A DNA stretch of 62,057 nt from a virus (taxonomy: Duplodnaviria; Caudoviricetes). Below are positions 9,783 to 19,300 of the stretch, one piece after another. The translations under genes were made by a program, and so were the position numbers. Where the stretch lies: IMG/VR virus record IMGVR_UViG_3300032285_002448, positions 1 through 62,057 of that record. One strand, 5' to 3'. A model generated the notes under the pieces. It had not been told where the DNA came from and searched no databases. It saw only the letters and a list, made by a program, of their open reading frames with translations. The stretch's first letter is position 1; every line of letters begins with the position of its first letter.

Positions 9783-10391
9783 TTATAAAACTATTTTTCC
9801 TGATATTTTAAAATCCAAATTGAATACAGTTCTTGTATCGTTATCAATTGGATTTGAACTTGCGTGAAAATACTTACCTGGAAATAAAACAGCTCTGCCC
9901 ATTTTGGGAGATATGCGCTGTTTTTCTGTTAATTTTGTAAAGTTGGACCCTAGTGTTTCATTAAAAATGACGGTGTCTCCGTCTGAGTCGTTTACATAGT
10001 AAACAACTACCATATGGCTATAAGAACCATCCACATGGGCAGGGTTATATTTTCCCTTAGAAAACTTGCGATTGTTAACCAGCATGTTTGCTTTCATCCG
10101 ATAAAGATCTGACTTTTGCAAACCAAATTTATCTTGTAACGCATATACCAACGGGCGTACAAAGTTAAAATGTTTATCAACACCGTCAACTACATCATGA
10201 TAAAATAGATGAGTGTGTTGATAGCTGTCTATTGTATTATCATCTAAAAAGATTTCTGGATACGCTGTTTTGTTTTCGTGAATATTGCTTGGCCCAAAAT
10301 GCCAATCAAAGCTGTAGTCCCTAGTCATATCGTTTAAATGAAACTGATATGTAGGACTAACAATATCGTCGAGAACAATTACATCATTCAT
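9783..10391 (-). CDS. 2OG-Fe(II) oxygenase superfamily protein
   Basis: HVD...[10 protein letters not shown]...FHASSNP...R pattern (HxD...H...R). Confidence 0.8.
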   Translation of the reverse strand: MNDVIVLDDIVSPTYQFHLNDMTRDYSFDWHFGPSNIHENKTAYPEIFLDDNTIDSYQHTHLFYHDVVDGVDKHFNFVRPLVYALQDKFGLQKSDLYRMKANMLVNNRKFSKGKYNPAHVDGSYSHMVVVYYVNDSDGDTVIFNETLGSNFTKLTEKQRISPKMGRAVLFPGKYFHASSNPIDNDTRTVFNLDFKISGKIVL

Positions 10392-11686
10392 TAGATCTTT
10401 TCGCCAGCTGTAAAGCCACGGAAGCGTAAGAAGCGTGGGAAACGCAAACTATATGTACCATCCTGATTTTGGGTGATAGCATCTGCACGGACTTCAACAA
10501 CTTGTCCATCTACTTTGCATGACCAAAACTCATCCCGATCTTCGTCTGTAAATCCAGAACCTACATTGACCTTGATCAACTTGCCGTCCTCGGTACCTTC
10601 GCAAACTAATGCACCCATTTTACCTACGTTACGGCCAGTACCTTCTTCTGTTTCTAGCACAGTAAGACTAACTTCGATAAATGGCTTTTGTTTTAACCAG
10701 CTGGTACTGCGTTTGCACTCATAAGGAGCATTAGGATCTTTGATCATAATACCTTCAAAGCCTTTGGCAATAGCTTCTTTGTTAAATTCTTTGAACTGCA
10801 TTTCACCGACATAGCCATCTAAGTCTACTTCTGTTTGCTCAATAACATCAATGCTACCGCATTTGTCAAAAGTAGGTTTAAGAGTTTTGAGCAAGGCAGA
10901 GCGTCGGCGCTGACCCATTACTGATTTGCCTTTTTGGAATTCTGAAAGCGGCACAATGTCAAACAACATAAGACGTGCGTCTTGTGCCTGTACGTCATCT
11001 TTGCGATGAACTTGCTTCATTAGGTCTTGAAAGCTCTTGCTTACAACTTCTCCGTCGAGTACATAGCTTCTACCCAAATCATCGATGTTAGCCAGAAGGC
11101 TATCTGATATGTGGCTAAAGTTTTCCAGCACTTTACCATTTCTTGTGTACTGAACAACGGTTCGAGCTTCATAGTTGACAACGGTGATACATCGTACTCC
11201 GTCCAACTTTGGTTCGAGCAGTTTAACACCCGTAATTTTCTTCTCATGATTCGCTCCGTCATGGGCAAGCATACATTCGAATACAGGGATAGGATCAATG
11301 CTTGTTCCTTTTACTGCCTTATTTACAGTCTTTTCGCTCACACCGCAACGTAAGTCTTTGATAAGAATACGGCGGTACCAGTAGTTCCACTGATCACCTG
11401 TACTTGCGGCTAGGGCAAGTTCAATAGCATTTTTAGCATCGTTACCTGTAAGCTGACGTGTGTAAAGCAAATGTGCTAACTCTTGGAATGCCTGATAAGG
11501 CAAGCCCTGACCGTCAGGACCTGAGTGCGTAGGTACCTTCTTAACACCAAAGGTAATGTAATTGTTTAGTGCAAGATGTACTCCTGCAAAGAATTCTGTG
11601 TTGCCTGCTTTAGCTTCACGTTCAATAATGGCTTCTTTAGCCAAACGACTGTTATCGGATTCAAGCTCTTTGATGATATTATGCAT
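10391..11686 (-). CDS. ATP-dependent DNA ligase (phage type)
   Basis: Motif I EPKLDGVR, LDGEVV, FDIV, EGIMIKD, WLKQK, and C-terminal OB fold SLRFPRF. Confidence 0.95.
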   Translation of the reverse strand: MHNIIKELESDNSRLAKEAIIEREAKAGNTEFFAGVHLALNNYITFGVKKVPTHSGPDGQGLPYQAFQELAHLLYTRQLTGNDAKNAIELALAASTGDQWNYWYRRILIKDLRCGVSEKTVNKAVKGTSIDPIPVFECMLAHDGANHEKKITGVKLLEPKLDGVRCITVVNYEARTVVQYTRNGKVLENFSHISDSLLANIDDLGRSYVLDGEVVSKSFQDLMKQVHRKDDVQAQDARLMLFDIVPLSEFQKGKSVMGQRRRSALLKTLKPTFDKCGSIDVIEQTEVDLDGYVGEMQFKEFNKEAIAKGFEGIMIKDPNAPYECKRSTSWLKQKPFIEVSLTVLETEEGTGRNVGKMGALVCEGTEDGKLIKVNVGSGFTDEDRDEFWSCKVDGQVVEVRADAITQNQDGTYSLRFPRFLRFRGFTAGEKI

Positions 11687-11713
11687 GGTTACCTTTCTAA
11701 CTGTATAAGCTAT

Positions 11714-11742
11714 ATTATAGCGTATTTTTACCAGTTTGTCAA
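11714..11742 (-). promoter_or_regulatory. Consensus sigma70 (early) promoter for DNA ligase
   Basis: Minus strand TTGACA(11742-11737)-N17-TATAAT(11719-11714), a perfect consensus about 27 nt before the ligase ATG. Confidence 0.85.
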
Positions 11743-11979
11743 GACCTGTATGGTTAATTCGGTGTTTAAACCGTTGGTTATACGCACTTTACCACTTACT
11801 TTGGTAGCATAAGTCATTGTAAAAGTTGAACGAATATTGCCTTTTTCGGTTAACCAATGCAGGAAAACCTTGCAATTTGGGCTAGGAACTAGGATAGCTT
11901 CTGAGCCAAAATCCTGCTCTAAAACTGCATTTCCACCCATTTGTATCTGTCTAGTGTGTAGTTGTTTATACAAACTCAT
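11728..11979 (-). CDS. Hypothetical protein
   Basis: Start moved to MSLYKQ (11979), which gives an ATGA overlap with the upstream stop. Confidence 0.55.
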   Translation of the reverse strand: MSLYKQLHTRQIQMGGNAVLEQDFGSEAILVPSPNCKVFLHWLTEKGNIRSTFTMTYATKVSGKVRITNGLNTELTIQVLTNW

Positions 11980-12701
11980 AGTAACGGAATCCAATGATTT
12001 TCCCATACACGATTGTCAATAAACTCACCGGGGACAATATCAAACGCAATAGTGATCCTTGGTCTATCTTTGATCTTCCAAGGAATGTTTCTGTGTAGGT
12101 CGTTACTGCTTAGGCCCATGACCAGCATGTTGTCGCGCCCTACTACATCGATTAATTCGTATTCGTCATTGTGTTCTAACACACCTTTGTATTGATCCGC
12201 AACATCTCTGCTTTGTTTGTAATAGTGTGGCTGTAGAGCGTAGGTAGTTTTGCTTACGTCAACATCTAAACAGAAGTAGCCGTGATAGGCCTGCATGTGT
12301 TCGGGCCAGTGGTGATGCCATCCTATACTTTCTGCACCTTCCTCATAGATATTAATCCATGCCTGCATATAATGTATTTTATCAGTAGTTTTGACTGATT
12401 GCCAGAATAGGCTTATCTCTTTAAACAGTTCCCATAGAGGCTGTGCAGAAAACATAAACACATTATATTTTTCAAATGTCTTTGTTGTGCCTTTGAATCC
12501 GTTAGTATCAACAGAGTCTTCTGGGTAGCGCATCTTAACAGTATTTGCGGCCATCATTGTACTGGCCATCAAATTTTTAAGGTTAAGATTAAGTTGCTTT
12601 ATTTTGAAATAGCCCGCAGTCCATTCATTCTGGGCTGAAGGAGCTCCCGCATCCGCAGGTTGTAACCGCGTTGGGGTTTTTAATACTAAATTGGGATCCA
12701 T
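11976..12701 (-). CDS. Putative 2OG-Fe(II) oxygenase/cupin-like protein (start uncertain)
   Basis: QAWINIY..G...WHHH...YHGYF...LHR...RITIAFDI pattern. The annotated start overlaps the ErpA-like gene by 77 nt, so a later start is possible. Confidence 0.6.
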   Translation of the reverse strand: MDPNLVLKTPTRLQPADAGAPSAQNEWTAGYFKIKQLNLNLKNLMASTMMAANTVKMRYPEDSVDTNGFKGTTKTFEKYNVFMFSAQPLWELFKEISLFWQSVKTTDKIHYMQAWINIYEEGAESIGWHHHWPEHMQAYHGYFCLDVDVSKTTYALQPHYYKQSRDVADQYKGVLEHNDEYELIDVVGRDNMLVMGLSSNDLHRNIPWKIKDRPRITIAFDIVPGEFIDNRVWENHWIPLL

Positions 12702-12933
12702 TAATGTCTTCTTTATAATCTATTGTAGCATCTGTTAGATACTGCATGCTCATAGAATCTACCAAAACATTATCAAATTGAAAATCATCTTCGTTGACTG
12801 TGTCGTCTATGGTAAATCCATATTGCATACCACTGCAACCGCCACCTTGCACAAATGCACGGACGTACTTGCTACCATCTTCTAATAAGATGTCTGCTAT
12901 TTTGATCTTTGCAGATTCTGTAATGGTAATCAT
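12625..12933 (-). CDS. erpA: A-type Fe-S cluster carrier (ErpA/HesB family)
   Basis: ITITESA...[11 protein letters not shown]...VDSMSMQYL...IDYKE...[13 protein letters not shown]. Confidence 0.9.
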   Translation of the reverse strand: MITITESAKIKIADILLEDGSKYVRAFVQGGGCSGMQYGFTIDDTVNEDDFQFDNVLVDSMSMQYLTDATIDYKEDINGSQFSIKNPNAVTTCGCGSSFSPE

Positions 12934-14186
12934 AATATCATTCTTCCACCAGTATTTAAGTTGCGTTCTACGGCCTCGAGTGTTTTCTTGTTCTTTTCAG
13001 GATCTGTAAAATAGTTATAGCCAAACTTTTTATCTATCAAGTGTAAGTGATAACCGCTAAACACCCAACTTTCAGCAAAGTGCGGTAACCCATCTTGTCC
13101 TTTACGGAAGCAATCAACCAATGCTCTTTTAAAGTGCGGGCTGTTCATTATAGTCTTAGTTGAGCGTTCTTTTGCCATACGCCAGAACGGAGTATCAAAC
13201 GTACTTCCACCGTGATAGAAGAAACAGATCAAGTGCTCTAGTTGGACAGCATAGTCAATAAATCGTTCATTGACATCTTCTATTTTTAAATTGCCTTTTA
13301 AGAATTCTACAAACAAATAGTTTACATATATGTAGAAATAGATTCCTGTAGCTGTAATAGGTTCAAAGAAAATAGCACGGTTGCCGTTTTTAAGAACGTT
13401 GCCTTCAAATACAGTTTTTGCGTAGTAGCTATTAAAATGATAGTCAACTGGCGCACCTTTGCGTCCGATCTTATCCGGAGTTGTATTGAATATTTGAGCC
13501 ATGTCTTCTAGAGCTTCTTCTCTAGTAGTTACAGTATCATTATACATATAACCGTGTGTATGTCTAGTAGTCAGCGGTACTCCAAACATCCAGCCATTTT
13601 TTGTAGCCATATGTTCAGTGTACTGCCAGTTGCCAGGTTCTTCTACAGTATGTATGATTCCACTGTTAATGCTAATGCCTTCTGCAATATTATACTGATC
13701 CCAATCTGTAGGGCTTCCTCTAGTATCAACTACGAAGTCAAAGTACTCAACGCGGCCGTCAATAGTTATATTAACTCCGCGGGCTAGATTTTCTAAGCTA
13801 GAAACTGTGCCTTGCATTAGACTAAACTTGTTAGGCCAACGCTCTAGACATTTTTTAAACACATATTCTTTTAACTTAAAGTTATTGATATGTATAGCTA
13901 CACCACCATCTAGCAGTGGATTAAACCAATCCTTCTCACGCCAGTTGATAAACTTATTACCAAACTTTAGTGTGCTGTCCATTTCATGAAGATCTTCCAT
14001 GAATTCAAACCCGCATGCCTGTTCCAATACTGTAATAAATCCAGAATTAGTACTTTCACCTATTTGAAACATAGGAATGTTAGGGTCATGTATGTTTACA
14101 ATCTTTATCCTGTTGGGAACGTTTGCACAGAGTTGTGCAGATGTAATTACCCCGGCTGATCCTGCTCCTAATACGGCTATTCTCAT
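12930..14186 (-). CDS. Flavin-dependent tryptophan halogenase-like protein
   Basis: GAGSAG FAD motif, IGEST, STLKFG (Lys at the halogenase-like position), GWMFGVPL (variant of WxWxIP), and GN.A.FFEP..ATG. Confidence 0.8.
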   Translation of the reverse strand: MRIAVLGAGSAGVITSAQLCANVPNRIKIVNIHDPNIPMFQIGESTNSGFITVLEQACGFEFMEDLHEMDSTLKFGNKFINWREKDWFNPLLDGGVAIHINNFKLKEYVFKKCLERWPNKFSLMQGTVSSLENLARGVNITIDGRVEYFDFVVDTRGSPTDWDQYNIAEGISINSGIIHTVEEPGNWQYTEHMATKNGWMFGVPLTTRHTHGYMYNDTVTTREEALEDMAQIFNTTPDKIGRKGAPVDYHFNSYYAKTVFEGNVLKNGNRAIFFEPITATGIYFYIYVNYLFVEFLKGNLKIEDVNERFIDYAVQLEHLICFFYHGGSTFDTPFWRMAKERSTKTIMNSPHFKRALVDCFRKGQDGLPHFAESWVFSGYHLHLIDKKFGYNYFTDPEKNKKTLEAVERNLNTGGRMIL

Positions 14187-14246
14187 ATTGTTTTTCTTTA
14201 TAGTTTTATGCGCTAAATATAGGTAGATATTTATTATACTGCTATT

Positions 14247-14573
14247 ATGATCAATCTAACAACTGAAGCCTCCCGAAAAGTAAGCGAAAACCTTAAAAAG
14301 CGCGGCAAAGGAGTAGGGATTAGGATAGGAATAAGAACAACAGGTTGTTCCGGTTTGGCTTACGTGCTAGAGTATGTAGACAAGTACGAAGCTGAAGAAG
14401 GAGTAATAAATTATGCCCAGCAGGATTTTGTGATATTGGTTAGTCAAAAGGACGATCCTTATCTAAGCGGCCTAACAATGGATTGGGTGCGCAATGGTCT
14501 TAACGAAGGATTTGATTTTAAAAACCCTAACGAAAGAGATCGATGTGGGTGCGGCGAAAGTTTTAGAGTTTAA
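14247..14573 (+). CDS. iscA: A-type Fe-S cluster assembly protein (IscA-like)
   Basis: GIRIGIRTTGCSGLAYVLEYVD...GLNEGFDFKNPNE..RCGCGESF. Confidence 0.9.
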   Translation: MINLTTEASRKVSENLKKRGKGVGIRIGIRTTGCSGLAYVLEYVDKYEAEEGVINYAQQDFVILVSQKDDPYLSGLTMDWVRNGLNEGFDFKNPNERDRCGCGESFRV

Positions 14574-14584
14574 TAGGAAAACAA

Positions 14585-15499
14585 ATGGCATCGAGCAAAA
14601 TTACCAAAGATACCTTTAACGGAATACAAGCAAAACTTGCTTCTATCCTAGGTGCTCCTGATCAATCAACTGTAGACTTGGGGTATAATCTAACCTTTAA
14701 TAGTTCACAAGTACAAACTAATGCAATAGTTTACGGCGATGATGTGAATAAGGCCATTGGTGACCTTAATACTATTATACAACATCAGACTGGTTTTCCA
14801 ACAAACTTATCTTTATTTTCCCCTGGTCAATTAATTACAGCAACTGATTTAAATCAACTTTCTTCTATTACTACTTCTGCCGTTGCATCTCGTAATAATG
14901 TAGGAGCTTCGCTGTTGGCTGTAAAGACTTCGGATTCCTACAGTGACGGCAGTACTTGGAATACCATTAGGCAACATTCAGTAACATTAGATTGGGGAAC
15001 TAATAATAATTTTAGAGGTTGGACCAATGCAGGTGGCTTTATATCAGTATCTGCCAGCTTCTCAGGAGGTAGCGGTACTCCACAGACAGGTGCATGGGCA
15101 ACATTGTTGACTTCAGCAGGAACACTTGTATTTTCTGGAAACGCTACTTTTCAGAGCAATAATAATAGAGCAGGTAGTATCCCTAACGGAGGATTATATA
15201 ACATAATTCAAAACGGACAAATTGCAGGGCACGATGGCATTGCATTTAGAATGCTGTCTACTGAAAATCATTATACTTCAAATGCCTATACTCTAGTTGT
15301 AAATCCTTATCCGACTGGCACTGGTATGTTTAACTGTACCGGATTTACACTAACGGCATCAATGACTGACCCCCATACTGCTCCTGCTAGAACAACTGAC
15401 GACTATATTGATTCTTTATTTTCTTGGTCGGTTAATACTTACTATGCATATCAACAACAAGTTCCGACAGTTGTTGCTACATCTAACAATATATCATAA
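14585..15499 (+). CDS. Putative virion structural protein (paralog family A)
   Basis: S/T/N/G-rich. Shares FN.IQ....ILG.P....GY, F....NAGG, W..LL...G and HY.SN motifs with 15512..16372 and the C-terminus of 16381..20733. Confidence 0.6.
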   Translation: MASSKITKDTFNGIQAKLASILGAPDQSTVDLGYNLTFNSSQVQTNAIVYGDDVNKAIGDLNTIIQHQTGFPTNLSLFSPGQLITATDLNQLSSITTSAVASRNNVGASLLAVKTSDSYSDGSTWNTIRQHSVTLDWGTNNNFRGWTNAGGFISVSASFSGGSGTPQTGAWATLLTSAGTLVFSGNATFQSNNNRAGSIPNGGLYNIIQNGQIAGHDGIAFRMLSTENHYTSNAYTLVVNPYPTGTGMFNCTGFTLTASMTDPHTAPARTTDDYIDSLFSWSVNTYYAYQQQVPTVVATSNNIS

Positions 15500-15511
15500 G
15501 AGAAATAATCT

Positions 15512-16372
15512 ATGGCACAAATACAAGCAAGCGACTGGAATCCGTTGCAAACCACTGTTGCTAATATTATGGCAGGCTGGGGTCAGTCGGCCAGTGTTAC
15601 CAGTGCGCAGGTTAACAACACATTAAAGATTAATCATAATCATTATAATGCTCTTAAAGATGATATAAATTTTTGTTATACACATATTACTGGTTCAAAT
15701 TCTGCTCTACCTATTAGAAATGCTGGAACGCAGATTACACAAGCCGACCTTACTAACGTGTCAGCCGCTGTTACATATATTAATACCAACAAAGCAACAG
15801 CGTCATCATCAAAACTTACCAGCCAATCGCTGGCTATTAGCACTACACAGGCGTATACTTGGTCTTCTCAATTGGGCGCATCTTATTCAATGACTTGGGC
15901 CAGTGCTTCTGATTTTAATGCGTTCTTTAACGCAGGCGGTTCAGTTAATTTCAGCATATCTAGATCTGGTGGTGCCGCAACATCCCAAAATCAAAGCTGG
16001 ACTAATGTTTTAAGCGGCATGGGCAACGTGTATATGACATTAAATTCTAGCGGAAATAGTGGAACTATACCTGGCGCAGTAAGCATAACAACTGGTATAA
16101 ATGGCCTTTCATCGTCAAACCAACAATTTATAAAAGTTACTGATCAAGATGCAAACTATACTGCAAACTACATTAACATAACTGCTTATCTTGACGCGGC
16201 ACCAGGTTCCGCTAGAGTATTAACTTACGTAGTACTATTAGTTGATGCGCACGTAGGAACAGCAGGAGGCCCGGATACTGTAGACGGTAATTTTACAACG
16301 TCTTTCACGGCCAAGTATCCATATACATTCTCAGTATCAGCTACATCAAGTTTTAACGGGGTCCTAATCTAA
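15512..16372 (+). CDS. Putative virion structural protein (paralog family A)
   Basis: DWNPLQTTVANIM.GWGQ, FNAFFNAGGS, QSWTNVLSGMG and NYTANY, matching the family above. Confidence 0.6.
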   Translation: MAQIQASDWNPLQTTVANIMAGWGQSASVTSAQVNNTLKINHNHYNALKDDINFCYTHITGSNSALPIRNAGTQITQADLTNVSAAVTYINTNKATASSSKLTSQSLAISTTQAYTWSSQLGASYSMTWASASDFNAFFNAGGSVNFSISRSGGAATSQNQSWTNVLSGMGNVYMTLNSSGNSGTIPGAVSITTGINGLSSSNQQFIKVTDQDANYTANYINITAYLDAAPGSARVLTYVVLLVDAHVGTAGGPDTVDGNFTTSFTAKYPYTFSVSATSSFNGVLI

Positions 16373-16380
16373 GGAATAAT

Positions 16381-19300
16381 ATGAGTGATTTAATCGAATA
16401 CATTGTAATTGTACACAACATCGAAGACAAGCAGGCCTTGCATGATGAAATTATTAATCTAGGCGGAAGCGAATGTGTGCCCGACAGGGAAGTTGATTGC
16501 TGTCTTAATCCAACGACCAGTCGCAATACTCATTATATGATGACCGAGGCCGAGGCCGAGCTTATTAAACAAGATCCAAGAGTGTGGGACGTTAGCAGAA
16601 CATGGCAAGACCTAGGACTATCAGTAGGCCACTTCAATGTTAGCTATTCTCAAATTAGCAATCACTTCAGCAAAGGTAACACACAAGCATCAACAGACGT
16701 TAACTGGGCGTTACTTCAGGTATTAGAAGGACAGAATAGATTCCAGTGGGGTAACGACAGTCCTATACAACTATTTGATGTAGCCGCTTCTATCACCGTT
16801 CCTTTCAGTGGAAAGAACGTAGACATAGTAGTTGTAGATGGCCATGCTGATCCAGCACACCCAGAATTTGCAGTTAACGCAGACGGAACAGGTGGATCCA
16901 GATATAATCAGATCAATTGGTTAGCATATACTAATGCAATTTTTAATGGAACTAACGGCACGTATGTTTATACTCCGTATGGCGGAACTGCCGCGTCGGC
17001 AATAGATTCTTTATTAGAAGCTAATAACAATCACGGAACTCACGTAGCGTCTAGCTGTGCAGGAAATCAACAAGGTTGGGCTCGAAGCGCAAACATATAC
17101 AATATTGGTTTTGGTTTTCCTGACAGCAATCCAACTAATTCTACAACCAATGCTTATATTAACAGCTACTTTTTTCAGTATGTAAAGTACTGGCATCAAA
17201 ATAAAACTGTTAATCCTAGCACAGGAACACGTAATCCTACAATCTGTACCAACAGCTGGGGATATACTTCTACAGTACCTAGAACAGATATTCTTGCAGT
17301 AAATTATCAAGGCACACTTTACCAAGCGCCGGCGGGAGGTTTTAGTGCGGCTCAACTGGCTACTTACGGTATTCCTTGTTTTGATGGTACTAACTGCTCG
17401 GTACCTGCTAGATATACTCCTATGGAATCTCAAATAACTGATCTCATCAATGCCGGAGTTATTATGATAGGAGCCGCAGGTAACAACGGAGCTTATATTG
17501 CAAGAGATACAGCATCCAGTACTGATAATAATTATTTCAACAGTTTCCTTGCCTCTGGGGGGAATACATACTATTATTGCAGAGGTTCAACACCTAGCGC
17601 AGTTACAGGTGTTATTAACGTAGGAGCATTAGATGCATCATATACTACAGCTAAGACATATTTTAGTAATTGCGGCCCTAGGGTCGATGTATATTCTCCA
17701 GGTTATAACATAACAGGTGCATTTAGCACATTTGCTGGACTATCATACGAAGGATATCCGCAGGGCGTAGCTGACCCAAGGAACTCAGGTTATTCTATTG
17801 GTAAAGTACCAGGTACCAGTCAAGCGACTCCGCAAGTTGCAGGGTTAGTTGCGTGTTTGCTAGAAGCGTTCCCTACAGCTGGTCCAGCAGACGCACTTAG
17901 CTACATAACTGCTACAGCAAAAACTGGTCAAATGGTTAGTGGTCAATTTATATATAACGGGTTTGATTACAGTAGCATACAAGGCGGGAACAATCGAGTC
18001 CTGTACGCAAGTTTTCCAAATTCACCCGTAGCATCAGTCGCACTATCTACAGTATCTGTTAAGACAGGAAGTCAAGTAAAATTTACACCTGTGATAGGTT
18101 CAGGTGGTGTTGGACAACTAACCTACACTATATCTCCAAATCTTCCTACTGGTACTACGTTCCAAGGATGGATTGAATCTATACCTGGAAATACATCTTA
18201 CTCATTTTTCCATGTAACGTCTAGTAATAGCAGTTCAATTCAACAAGGTGATTCTATCAGCGGGTCTGGTGTTACTCAAGGATCTTTTTTAGAATGGCCA
18301 ACAGATGCTTCTAAAACTACTTGGACTATCCGTCCTGGCTACAGCGCCAATGTAGGTTCAGCAGGTAGTCCTATTTCTATTAATAACGGATTTCATATTA
18401 ATTCTCTTACAGGAGAAATTACTGGAAGAGTTTCCAACGTATTAGGATTAACAACATATTCTGTTACAGTTACAGGCAATAACATATCAACATCTGCGTC
18501 ATTTAATCTAAGAGTTAACACAGAAGCTTCTCCTACTGTAACTACCGAAGTACCATACGGAACTGATCTATTACAACGTTGTGATATCTATCAACAAACT
18601 GGTGTTACTCCGCAAGGAGTTATTATATGGGTACACGGCGGTGGATGGTCAGGTGGAGCAAAATCTCCTTATGGATTTAACTCTAGCCAAGGCGGTTATT
18701 GGATCAACGATTACGATCAGATTAATCAATTAGCCAAGCAAGGTTATATTGTTGTTAACTGTAACTATCGATTAGCTACTGCTGGCACTGACTACATACC
18801 TTCTGGTGGTACTACTAACAACTACCATCCAGCAGGAGCGGCTGATATTGAAACAATAATACAATTCTGTACTGTTGCAAATGCTGGTTCTTCTTACAGT
18901 GCGTTATGGAATCAGATCGTAAATGCAGTTAACACGTATGGATTGATAATTTCAGGAGCAAGTGCGGGCGGACATCTAGTTGCGTTTGCAGGAATGAAAT
19001 ATATTAATGACTACGGCAATAACAAAATTACTGCAATATGTCCTATTGTAGGACCAACTGACCTTGATTGGGTAACATTAAATGATACATCAATAACACA
19101 AACTGCAAAAGATATTGTTGACAATTATGTAAACAGTGCCAGTCCAGTTGCCCTACAGGCAGCGAGTCCTAGATACATATACGGATCAGATAGCTCTCCA
19201 GGCTATGTACACAATGCGGTAAAAAATTCTACTGTAAAATGGATTTTTATCAATAACCTTAACGATACATTAGTACCGCCAGCATTGACTGATAATTTTA

